64,000 bases of DNA from Giardia intestinalis (Eukaryota). This document shows, in pieces, positions 20,313-30,077 of the stretch (the first letter of the stretch is position 1; every line of letters starts with the position of its first letter). The stretch lies in assembly GCA_000002435.2 (NCBI GenBank), contig CM018791.1, one strand, 5' to 3'. Under the pieces are notes generated by a model, which searched no databases, was not told where the DNA came from, and was given only the letters and a program-made list of their open reading frames with translations. The position numbers and the translations under genes were made by a program.

Positions 20313-21338
20313 ATGCCTCTTCTTCAGCTAAGATCCTTTAGCACGGGTGCTGCAGAGATCAAGCCCCCACAGCCCCAGGGTTCAGCATCTGCAAAGCATC
20401 AGGATTTGGAAAGAGGTAGTACTCTTAGTTTTCAACCAAAGACTCGAGGTGGGCGTAGAGCATTAAGTCTTGACACTGGATCAAGAGCAAAGGGATGCCT
20501 TGTGACTGCATGCACACCACTCTGTGGAGAGGCACATGTCCCCCAGCTGCTTCTAAGCCTAGAGAACCATGTTCAGCCGCCCAATAAACGCGCTAAGACT
20601 ATGCTCCGGACAGGTATGAAGACCGTTGTTCAGCCAACTCGCATCACCATTAAGAGCACCGATGGCACGGCTGAGTATCCACCATCCTATTTCCCCAATT
20701 CCCTGACGCTTCCGTCGATAAACTTTACTTTGGGAGATTGCCAGGTATCGCGTGAGGTTACGAAGGGCTTTGTCCAGCGTGAGGACGTCTGTGAGGCCAT
20801 AGATCCAGATGCAGCTATGGGACTCCTTGGTCACCGAATTGCAAACCACAGCATTACTATGGCCAGTAGCGGGGTCCTCAGGGAGAGCACGAAAACGAAT
20901 GAGTATTGTATGATACACTCCATCCAGAACAACCTCGCAATCATCAGACGTACAACGAACACGTTGATGAAGAGGCTTCAAGACCAGCTGGCATCTAGTG
21001 AGAGAGCGCTCGCTGAGTGTAGGGCACGCATAGATAGCGCAGAGGCCCGTGCCGTGTCTCTCGACGCAATGGTAGAACGAATCCATACTCTCGCCTCAAA
21101 CACGACGCTGCAGGAGCTTTGTGTCATCAGTAAGGACCAGGAGGATGTCAGCCACATCATTGCTCATTTGGACTCGCAGCTGGATAAAGACATTAAGACC
21201 CTCGATGAAATGTACACCTTTGGACACGACTTTTCTCAGCGTGTCATGCTATACAGGAGTCGACTTCCGGTCTTCGAGAAGACGATGACCGTCCTAAAGC
21301 TGAAGTGTGACGCAATAAAGAGCAAGGTAAACAAGTAG
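20313..21338 (+). CDS. hypothetical protein with a C-terminal coiled coil
   Basis: It is a 341 aa ORF that diverges from the upstream minus-strand block across a 93 bp spacer. The C-terminal 130 aa shows a heptad pattern. Confidence 0.5.
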   Translation: MPLLQLRSFSTGAAEIKPPQPQGSASAKHQDLERGSTLSFQPKTRGGRRALSLDTGSRAKGCLVTACTPLCGEAHVPQLLLSLENHVQPPNKRAKTMLRTGMKTVVQPTRITIKSTDGTAEYPPSYFPNSLTLPSINFTLGDCQVSREVTKGFVQREDVCEAIDPDAAMGLLGHRIANHSITMASSGVLRESTKTNEYCMIHSIQNNLAIIRRTTNTLMKRLQDQLASSERALAECRARIDSAEARAVSLDAMVERIHTLASNTTLQELCVISKDQEDVSHIIAHLDSQLDKDIKTLDEMYTFGHDFSQRVMLYRSRLPVFEKTMTVLKLKCDAIKSKVNK

Positions 21339-21361
21339 GTGCATTCACTCACGAGGACAAC

Positions 21362-22078
21362 TTAAAAGCCTATCTTGATCTGCCTAATGAACCTTCCCAC
21401 TTCAGGGCGAGAAAGCATAAGGGTGCCGACTAGGTTCGTGGCCTTCTCCCTCCACTCGGGGCAGTCAAGCTTCACAGTCCCGAGCAGTTCCTTTCCAATG
21501 CGCTTCACAGGCTCGGTGAGAGAGCCGAGGAGCTTGCTCTTGCTCTCCGCAAGGTTGATGCAGAGCTGTATGGCGTCTACAGATATGTCTGTAATCACTG
21601 AGTCGAGGACAACGAAGTCCGGGCAAGCCCTATCAGAGTGCACAGTCTTCCCCATGTACATGTAGTATCCCAGCATAACCGGGATGGGGCGGTTGTCCGA
21701 GGCCACGTAGACGAACTCGGGACGGATGCCGTCCTGGAAAGCAGCTGCGCAGTGGTACGAGGCATGCACGGACCCCACGCAGATGATTGTCTCGGGACGG
21801 ACAAGATCCAGGGCCTCCTTCAATTGCTCGATGCTAGGCCTCGTGGGAGGGCTGTCAGGAACGTCAACAGAATAGACCTCGATGCCTCTCTCTTTGCAGA
21901 TGTCCGAAACATACTCCTTCTGCTCCCTCAGATGCAAGTGGCTAACCAGCACAACCTTAGTCGCCCTGATCTCGTTGACGACAGTCGGGAAAGCCGACGG
22001 GCGATAGTAGAGGCGGTTGGGGAAGACTATTGACTCCATTTTTTTACTCGATTCCAAGATATCTAATTTCATTTTCAA
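21362..22078 (-). CDS. hypothetical protein (238 aa)
   Basis: It is an ORF in compact context. A weak HC...GIR motif, VHASYHCAAAFQDGIR, does not fit the canonical CX5R phosphatase loop, so I make no functional call. Confidence 0.45.
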   Translation of the reverse strand: MKMKLDILESSKKMESIVFPNRLYYRPSAFPTVVNEIRATKVVLVSHLHLREQKEYVSDICKERGIEVYSVDVPDSPPTRPSIEQLKEALDLVRPETIICVGSVHASYHCAAAFQDGIRPEFVYVASDNRPIPVMLGYYMYMGKTVHSDRACPDFVVLDSVITDISVDAIQLCINLAESKSKLLGSLTEPVKRIGKELLGTVKLDCPEWREKATNLVGTLMLSRPEVGRFIRQIKIGF

Positions 22079-22152
22079 AACCGGAGACCTGTTGACAAGG
22101 CACTTTGCTCCGCAGCACCAACAGTAAACCGCAGTGTGCGTTCCGTTGGGTG

Positions 22153-24171
22153 CTAGTTGGTTATTCTAATTTTGTCCATACGCATCTCGGCTGCATGATC
22201 CTCCTGACGCTCCAGCGCTGCTTGCTTCCTGAACTCGAGGATGCTGACCAGACTCTTGAACAGTTTGTTCTGCGCCATCCGGTTGGGGAGGTTGCATTTT
22301 AGTTCCTCTTGCTTCGCACGAATCTCCATCATCTGGGTCTTACACGCGTTGTTCTCACTAGTGATCTCTCGCTTCAACCTGTCGAATTCTCGTACGTTGT
22401 CAGCCTGCTCCAGTTCCAGGCGTAACAGCTCCGCCTTCTTGTCTGTAACGATCGCCTGTGTCTTCAGATTGTCTATCTCCAGCTCAAGCGCTCGAACGCT
22501 TAGACGTAGCTTGTAGACTGACCCCTCCCGTGACACTTCAAGGGTCCTGGCTCGCTGATTCTCGCTCTCTGTGTCTGCTTCCAGTTGGGCACACTGGCGC
22601 TTCAATGCAGCAAGCTCAGAGACGCGAGGGGCAAGATCGCGCTTCTTCTGCTGCAATGTGGCGTCCAGCTCAGCCAGAACCGCCTTTGCTTCCATAAGAT
22701 TCTTCGCGTTTAAGCCAACGCCCCCGATGCTCCCCAGCACCCGCTGCTTTCCTCCCCCAATGGGCCTAAGTCCCCCGGCATCAGTGAGTTCATCTGGAGC
22801 CTCTGCAGAAAGATTCGGGATTGCGGCAAGGATGTCCTTTGTGCGGGAAACTATAGCGTTCTCCTTGCGCAGCAGCTGCTGTTCGTCCATTGCCTTCTTG
22901 TGCAGTGGTTTGAGAGCTCTGCCCTTTGAAAGGAGGTTCTTGAACAGTAACATGGGTATGCTGTCCATGTCATCTATGTCCTTCATCAAGCTCGCCATGT
23001 CTGTGCTCGAGCACCTCTTCGCTACCTCTGCATCTACCTCTGCACTTTCCCGCCTTGCATTTGTGAGTCTATTTTCAAGCTGTGCACGCTGAGTTTTAAT
23101 TTTCGTTATCTGCTGATTCAAGAAGCTCATTTTCTCCTGCTCATTATCTTCCTCATCCGGAGAACCAACCGTGGAAACCATTTCCCTGTACTTGACTAGG
23201 TCCGTCCGCAGGGTCTCTAACTCGTTCTCCATGAGCTCAATAGCCTCCTGTCCTGGTTCAGACTGAATCAGGTGTGCAAGTGACTCTTTCTCTGTGATTT
23301 CTGCCGTGAGGTTGATAATCTCTTGTTTCAGCCGCTTGTTCTCTGCCTCCGATGCCTCCAAGATGTTGGCAGGAGTCCCCCGAGCGGAGTTGACCACGGC
23401 CTTCGCCGCATTCAGTGCAGCACGCCGTATCTCGTTTTGGCTATTAATCTGGGTCTTTAGTTCTTCAATCTCTGAGAGCGCAACCCGGCGACGACTGGCC
23501 AAGCGAACGGCCTCTTTCGGTACTGACAGTGCCTTGGCTTGCTTCACCCGGTCGAACAGCTTATCCCTCCTTGTCAGAAATGTGGTCTTGTCAGTGGCAA
23601 GGCGCTCCATCTTCTGCAGAATCTGATCTTTCTGGACGTCTCTGTTTTGATTGAGTGCCTCTGTAAACCTACTTTGAGCTTCGCGTAGCTGGGACAGAAG
23701 CGTCTGGATCTGGGGGTCGACCATGTAGTCTGCAGGAATCACCGGGGGCAGTTTGAACTTGGAGACATAAATCGTTTCCCTGGAAGCAGCCAGGTCCTTA
23801 AGGATGGCGGAGAGGAGAACGCGCATATTGGCTGAGTCTGAAAGAACAAGCTCCTGGACAAAGGCTTGCTTGTCAGCCATGCTTCGAGATTCATTGAGAT
23901 TTAAAAGACAGACAGTGAAGTCGGTTATACCAGCGGCGACCTGCTCCAAATTGGCCGCGTTGACCTTCACAGGGGGAGGCACAGCTTTGCTGTCCTCGGC
24001 CAGAGAGTGCGGACGGACCTGGTATGCCACGTCTGCAAGAAGCTGCATTGCTCTAACGGGGTCATGCAAGATTTCTGAAAGAGTGATAAGCGTCATCCTG
24101 CGCTCGAAGGGAGGAAGATTGAGGCCGTCTGTAATGGTCTGGAGCTGATCTGTGCTTGTCGGAGGCTGCAT
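22153..24171 (-). CDS. IFT81: intraflagellar transport protein IFT81-like (IFT-B complex)
   Basis: The N-terminus ([42 protein letters not shown]...) aligns by eye with the IFT81 tubulin-binding CH-like N-terminus (KLNTLGPPFNKQFTLVSFDEKSPLELLQLLNDV...). About 500 aa of continuous coiled coil follows, which is typical of IFT81 and IFT74. I cannot fully exclude IFT74. Confidence 0.6.
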
Positions 24172-24225
24172 AGTTTTTAGAAAGTGGCCGGTACGTGCTC
24201 AAAAAGCAATTTACAACAATTCAGT

Positions 24226-25764
24226 CTATCTGACACGTCCGCACATGTCGAACTTTTCAAACACCTTCTCGTTCACCACCACTTCTTCTATTTCATCTAG
24301 CGTCTTTCCTTTTGTCTCAGGGATAATGAACCACGACAAAATTGTGAAGAAGATAGTGATCACAAGATAGAGAACAAACGCCTGCCAAAGTTTGTCCTGC
24401 ATGTAAGGGAATGTAAAGACAACTATGATGCTGGCAAGCTTGTGCATGGCAAAGGCGATGCTATTAAATTTGACACGCGCAGCCTTGGGGAAGATTTCTC
24501 CACATATCGTAAAGACCAAAGGTCCGGGGGCGATAGCAAACCCAAATATGTAGAGAAGAACACCAATCATTATGCAAGCAAGAATGGCAGGGTTTTCCTT
24601 ATTGCTGTCAGTATTAACCACATAGACAGGTATCAGCATGATAAGCATGGCTGTGAGAATAAAGGTCCCCAAAAACAGCAGGAAACGGCGCCCCATTCGC
24701 TCAACAATCGGGATAGCAACGATCGTCGAAACAAAGTTCCAGGACCCAATAATGATAGCGCCGACAAGAGAAGAGTCGGGCATCTTTACAGCCGTAAAGA
24801 AAGAACCTGCAAAGAGGATAACAGCATTGATCCCCGTGAACTGCTGGAGGAACGGAAGGATGATAGAAATGGCAAGGCACCGGCGGTAATCCTTCCTTGC
24901 GAAGCAGTCCTTGAAGGACGCAGAGTCGGTGTCATCCTTCGATGGCTTCTGTGCCTGCTCCAACGATATGGTCTTAACCTCGACTGAAGCGGCGTGGAGC
25001 TCTGTAGACGTAGCGTCGGGGGATTGAGTGCTAGCCTTAACCTGTTCGGAGGCTTGGGTGCTGGTGACCACCCGCTCTGGGATGAAGAAGCAGAAGATCA
25101 GTAAACCGACCAAATAGACTATGGTGAGAACGAAGGCCAAGTACCACAGGTTGTGACTAGAAGAGCAGCTACTGTTAATCCCGTAGGGACCATTACTACC
25201 ATTGTTTTTAATGGTGCCCCTACAGACGGAAATGAGACCCCACTCCATGATGTAGCTCAGAAGGATCCCGAGGGTTAGGAACAGCTGAATACCAACTGTG
25301 GCGATACCACGGCGGTGTGGGGGACACGTCTCTGAGATCCAGAGGGGCGTAACCGTTTGTATGCAGCTTGCTGGAAAGCCAGCGAGGACACGAATGACTA
25401 TCAGATATGCCCAATGAGTTTTGACGGTCATCAAAGCGGTAAGGACAATTGTAGAGACGCAGAAAACAATCGTCGACAGTTTTCGTCCAAGTTTCTCGAC
25501 TATTGGGAACGTCAGAAGGGATCCAACGAATGCTCCAACAAAGAATGCAGCACTGAAAGCCGCTGTAACACTTGTAGATAATGGGTCAGGTGAGTTACCA
25601 CCTTTATACCCGTATGCGTTACCTATATCTATTGAATACAGATCCTGGATAGGAGCGCCCATGTTCGTGAAGGTCGAGGCCATCGTGAGCCCGGTAAAGA
25701 GGACGAAGATGAAGAAGACACACGTATTCGGGTAGCTTGACGCATAGCTATCTTTCATGCCCAT
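24226..25764 (-). CDS. MFS sugar-porter family (GLUT-like) hexose transporter
   Basis: It has 12 predicted TM helices. It carries sugar-porter signatures: GRK/GRR after TM2 (EKLGRKLS; ERMGRRFL in the second half), IPERVV (PESPR-like) and the C-terminal PETKGKTLDEIEE motif. Confidence 0.8.
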   Translation of the reverse strand: MGMKDSYASSYPNTCVFFIFVLFTGLTMASTFTNMGAPIQDLYSIDIGNAYGYKGGNSPDPLSTSVTAAFSAAFFVGAFVGSLLTFPIVEKLGRKLSTIVFCVSTIVLTALMTVKTHWAYLIVIRVLAGFPASCIQTVTPLWISETCPPHRRGIATVGIQLFLTLGILLSYIMEWGLISVCRGTIKNNGSNGPYGINSSCSSSHNLWYLAFVLTIVYLVGLLIFCFFIPERVVTSTQASEQVKASTQSPDATSTELHAASVEVKTISLEQAQKPSKDDTDSASFKDCFARKDYRRCLAISIILPFLQQFTGINAVILFAGSFFTAVKMPDSSLVGAIIIGSWNFVSTIVAIPIVERMGRRFLLFLGTFILTAMLIMLIPVYVVNTDSNKENPAILACIMIGVLLYIFGFAIAPGPLVFTICGEIFPKAARVKFNSIAFAMHKLASIIVVFTFPYMQDKLWQAFVLYLVITIFFTILSWFIIPETKGKTLDEIEEVVVNEKVFEKFDMCGRVR

Positions 25765-26244
25765 TTACACCTAAATATTATTTTAAATAATAGTAGCAGT
25801 CAGGATTAAACGTTAACTTGCTTATTTTACGGAAGAAAAAGGAAGACCTAGAGAATCTGCCTGCTATGAATGACTTGTATCTCAGGAAGAGGTAGTAGGC
25901 GCAAATGCTACACCTGCGGAGAGCCGAACTTCTTATTGCTTCCTCTTGCGCTGTTGCAGCTGACTGTGATGATTCATATCAAACGGTAGTGTTCTCCTGC
26001 ATCTTCGCAACTGTTGATAGCGTTGCACAAACTTTCGTGTTGTGGCATTAAAATATGTAACTTTATGGCGTTTAATCTTTATGGTTAAACGAAGTTGATA
26101 GGCTAAATAGGGATGGTAATTTCATTATTGACCATAGGTAGTCTCTGTTCTTGCCTTTTGAAATCGGAGAGGGCACCCTCAAGCTTATGCAAACCAGCAA
26201 ATTACTGATCAATCACAGTTACAGGGTTTTCTACTGAACTTCTT

Positions 26245-27612
26245 CTACTGAACTTTTAGGCAAGCGAGCACCCCCTGGCCGCACAAGATCCCACCCTCTC
26301 CTGTGCCAGCCCTTTTCATGCGGACGAGGAATCCGAGGTGACGGATTGGTGCGGTGCCCACCTCAGATGGCTGACAGAAGCTATAGACACCTGTCTCTGC
26401 GTCAGCTCTTGCAACGTTCACAATCTCACTGGAGTAAATGAACTGAACTGCGTCCTGGCTGTCGGGGACAAGGCGCTCCATGAGGAAGTGTGTCGAGGCT
26501 GCCGCAGAGTCGGTGCGGAGCAAGGCATCCCAGGCTGCTGGTATGTCGTCTCCAAAGACGCAGTTCCCGCCGCCCTCTGCAATGGACTTCAGAACCATCG
26601 TGCTGGTATCTGGCGAAGAGGCAAGCCAGGCGGAGATCGCTTGCGGAGAGTCCAATATTTTGGAGAGAGTAGACGTAATTCCACTTAGGTATGCATACTT
26701 GCTGGTGGCTGTCAGAGTAGGCAGCATGTTCTGAACGACCTTCATACCGACAAGCTGGGCCTCAGCGGTAGGAATGGAAACCAGGGAGTGTGTCTCCAGC
26801 AGGATCCGCAATCGTTCATAGTTTGGGGTGCAGTGCTCGCGTGCATAGCCTGTGCGCCAGTAAGCGCCAGCAATTCGCAGGCATGTTCCTTTGTGCAAGT
26901 AGACGAGTCTTCCTTCTTGGGCATGCACGGCCCCTGCCAGCTCTGCACAGGTGCTTTGAACCATTGTCGATGGGATTCCGTGTGCTTTGCAATAAGAGTT
27001 ATACCCCTGAGAGATTGCAAGCTGGTCATTAAGCAGGGGTTCTTCTTCAGAGACCACCATCAACCAAACAGACGGTGTGGTATCACCCTCAACAGCAATG
27101 CGCGCAAGAGATGAATACAGCGATGCAAGGTTACTCTGCGCGATCCCTGAATGACCACAGGAAGCTTGTATGTCTGCAAGCCGTGCACTCATGCTCAGCA
27201 GCCCAACAGATACTGTGTTCATCTCGATCAGTCTGGGGCTCCGATTTACCATATAAAAGTCAGTGCGCTGGAGGATTGCAGTAGAAGCTCGCAAGACAGC
27301 AGCGTAGTCTTGTCCAAGAACGGTCTTCTTTTCTGATACTATTCTCCAGAGTACTTTACACACCTTGTCTGAGAGACATTTATTGGCCACTTCTTCAACA
27401 AGGGCACTATCCAAGGCCGCATCAGCTATGAATCGCCCCAGGAGTTCGGTCTTAGCCATGATTTCATCACATGCACTACGACTCATCACATAGGGCTCTG
27501 ATGCAATGGGAACCATGACTATGCTATCGTTGGATGACACAAATGCAATGCCTGCCTCGATAGCTCGTTGGCGAAGTTGTATGCTAGCATTCGTCTTACT
27601 ATCCATATCCAC
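26245..27612 (-). CDS. glutathione synthetase, eukaryotic (eu-GS / ATP-grasp) family homolog
   Basis: Several blocks can be aligned to human GSS by eye. [21 protein letters not shown] pairs with [40 protein letters not shown]...RTGY pairs with [34 protein letters not shown] pairs with [40 protein letters not shown] pairs with [23 protein letters not shown] pairs with ILMEKIEP. The glycine-rich C-terminus is also present. Confidence 0.8.
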   Translation of the reverse strand: [455 protein letters not shown]

Positions 27613-28200
27613 TTGAAATACATTGAGTAATGAACTTTAAGTGCCAATCACTCAGTTTATCACCTCTATTACAGAATGTAAAGAGACAGACCTAGAGATT
27701 GCAAGGGTTTGACAGGAGGATGCTCATTTTACTGGGGGTTCCCTCGGGATTGCTGCACCATCGTTCGCTATTTGCTTGGGGTGCCTGTAACATGTGGAAC
27801 GTGGTTTAAGATTAGCGGTTACGCATGGGAACAACTTGGAAGCCTTTAGTGAGTGCTACATCCTAATCAATCGGGTTGCGCCCACGCACAATCTTACACA
27901 CAATTATTCAGTCATGGCATAAGCTGGCGCGTACACTTCCTGACCTTGCACTGTCATGAGCAGGCGCCCTTCTTCGATAACATCCAGGTATAGTAGTGAC
28001 GGATTGTGTGGGTAAATCACACTCATCGAAACAGAGTAGTCGAGAGCCCATACTGTGGAGAAAATGTCGCGTTGTAATCTGGAGCATTCCTGTATAAGCA
28101 CCCATATCCCATGCCTGAGTGGTCTACCGCACCGCAGGACTGACGAACGATAGATTTTGCTGTGAAGAGACCAGCATGACATTTACAGAAGCGGCACAGT

Positions 28201-29076
28201 CTACTTTGCAAAGTACGGATGCTTGAGGCAGTCTCTTGCCGAAGGGCGTTTGGAAGGGTCAAGAGCCATCATCTTTGAAAAGAGGTCTCTGCCGGCCTCG
28301 TCAAGAGTCGGCAGAAGCTCGGCAACGTTTATGCCTGGGTAGACAGGGAAGTCCTTTTGCCATTGGGGAAGCGTATCGACATCCGGCCAGCTCTGTTTGT
28401 CTGGAGTTCCAAGGGTCTTGAAGATCTTAATAAGTTCATCCTTTTCTGTCTTGGCTGGGAACAGCGGCTTCCCAGTGACGCACTCATAGAAGATGCACCC
28501 ACAAGACCATATATCGAGAGCTCCACCGTACTTGCGGCAGCCCAGAAGAACCGATGGGCAACGGTACCAAAGCGTGACCACCTCATGAGTATATGATCGA
28601 ACGGGGATTCCAGATCCACGCGCCAGGCCAAAGTCTGCGAGCTTAAGGAGCCCAGAGCTGGTAACTAGCAGATTCTGTGGCTTTAGATCACGGTGCAAGA
28701 CGCGCTTGTTGTGTATATACGTGAGCCCAGTCATCAGCTGCCCCATAAAGCTCTTGACCTCCTTAGGTGTTAGCTTTCCTTGCTTGGAGTCGATGTACTT
28801 CTTCAGGTCCATGTCGAGGTACTCAAATACAAGCGTGAGTTTCGCTTCTGTGTGAATGACGGAGAGAAGGTCTACAACGTTCTTGTGCTTCATCTCTTTG
28901 AGTATAGCGATCTCACGGATTGCAGTGGCCGGGATACCCTCGTCCGCATTCTCGAGCCTAATCCTCTTGAGGGCGACAATCTGACCTGTCTCTTTGTCCT
29001 TTGCCTTGAAGACGACGCCGTAGGTTCCTTCTCCTAGGCCCTGTATTCTTTCATATCTGTTCAAGGGGTCAGTCAT
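28201..29076 (-). CDS. cyclin-dependent kinase (CMGC/CDK family)
   Basis: It has a complete kinase domain: GEGTYGVV, VALKRI, a PATAIRE-type cyclin-binding helix (GIPATAIREIAILKEM), HRDLKPQN, DFGLAR and WYRCPSVLLG. The length of 291 aa fits a CDK. Confidence 0.9.
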   Translation of the reverse strand: MTDPLNRYERIQGLGEGTYGVVFKAKDKETGQIVALKRIRLENADEGIPATAIREIAILKEMKHKNVVDLLSVIHTEAKLTLVFEYLDMDLKKYIDSKQGKLTPKEVKSFMGQLMTGLTYIHNKRVLHRDLKPQNLLVTSSGLLKLADFGLARGSGIPVRSYTHEVVTLWYRCPSVLLGCRKYGGALDIWSCGCIFYECVTGKPLFPAKTEKDELIKIFKTLGTPDKQSWPDVDTLPQWQKDFPVYPGINVAELLPTLDEAGRDLFSKMMALDPSKRPSARDCLKHPYFAK

Positions 29077-29291
29077 GGCTAGCAGATTTTAGAATTCAGG
29101 CAGGGAATTTAAATCTTTTGAAAAGCTCATCAAGGTTCGCAGCCGAGCATGCAACTGATGTGATGACCGATTGCTCTAGCTGCTGGTTGGCTACACATAT
29201 GGTTGTGGCAGAAAGGATCTATTACTACCTTTGCCGTTTAAAATCTAGTTTAAATCTGACCACCCAGCGTTCGTCATCATAACTCTGGGGT

Positions 29292-30056
29292 ATGAAGACA
29301 GCAGACTCTTCGCCAGAGCGCTCACGCCACTCAGTCCGGGCTGTTATCTCTAACGTACGCTCTTACAACGACGAGGCAGACATGCTCTCCTTGAAGCACA
29401 CTGCAAAAGGGTCATTTCCATCACTGGCCCTAGAATACAAAGCCTATAGGCTGGGGCCAGAGTACATCATGGCAAGACGAATGAAGGAGTATCTTTACCA
29501 CCCTGGAAGGACCGCAGACGTTGATGGAGTCATTCCAGAGTACCTAAACCACGAGTTTGAACAGCTTTACACCACCATGAAGCGCCCTTCTCCAATGAGA
29601 GGCCCTTCAGAAGGGCTCATGCCACAGAAGCGAATGATTGATGCTGCCAGGGTAATATTTGATCGGGAACGGGCACGGCGGCCAGTTAGTGTTTGCGCCC
29701 GGAGCTGCAGGGGAGCTCTCGCAGATGAGCATTATCAGCACTCCTTTCCAGAAGGCTCATACCATAGATCGGCTTCACTGCACTCGTCTCCACTAAGGAG
29801 CCCAAACAGGCAGGGCAAGACCACGCTTCCCTCATATCCTGACTCTATTCCCTTCCTTTCTCAATCATACAATGACCCTGTTCGTGATAACTTTCTCTCC
29901 CTGTTGAAGGATATCAAGCCGAATCACCAGGATCATCAAGGTGCAGAGTGTTTTAGGATAACTGCTGACCGCGCACTTCCCTGCCCGACTACTAATGCTG
30001 CGGTGGCCTCCCTCGTCTACTTGTCCAGGCACTTCTGTCATCTGAATACATCATAA
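29292..30056 (+). CDS. hypothetical protein (254 aa)
   Basis: It is an ORF with the right spacing in a compact array. No domain was recognised. Confidence 0.4.
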   Translation: MKTADSSPERSRHSVRAVISNVRSYNDEADMLSLKHTAKGSFPSLALEYKAYRLGPEYIMARRMKEYLYHPGRTADVDGVIPEYLNHEFEQLYTTMKRPSPMRGPSEGLMPQKRMIDAARVIFDRERARRPVSVCARSCRGALADEHYQHSFPEGSYHRSASLHSSPLRSPNRQGKTTLPSYPDSIPFLSQSYNDPVRDNFLSLLKDIKPNHQDHQGAECFRITADRALPCPTTNAAVASLVYLSRHFCHLNTS

Positions 30057-30077
30057 AAAACCGACCTCAGAATACAG

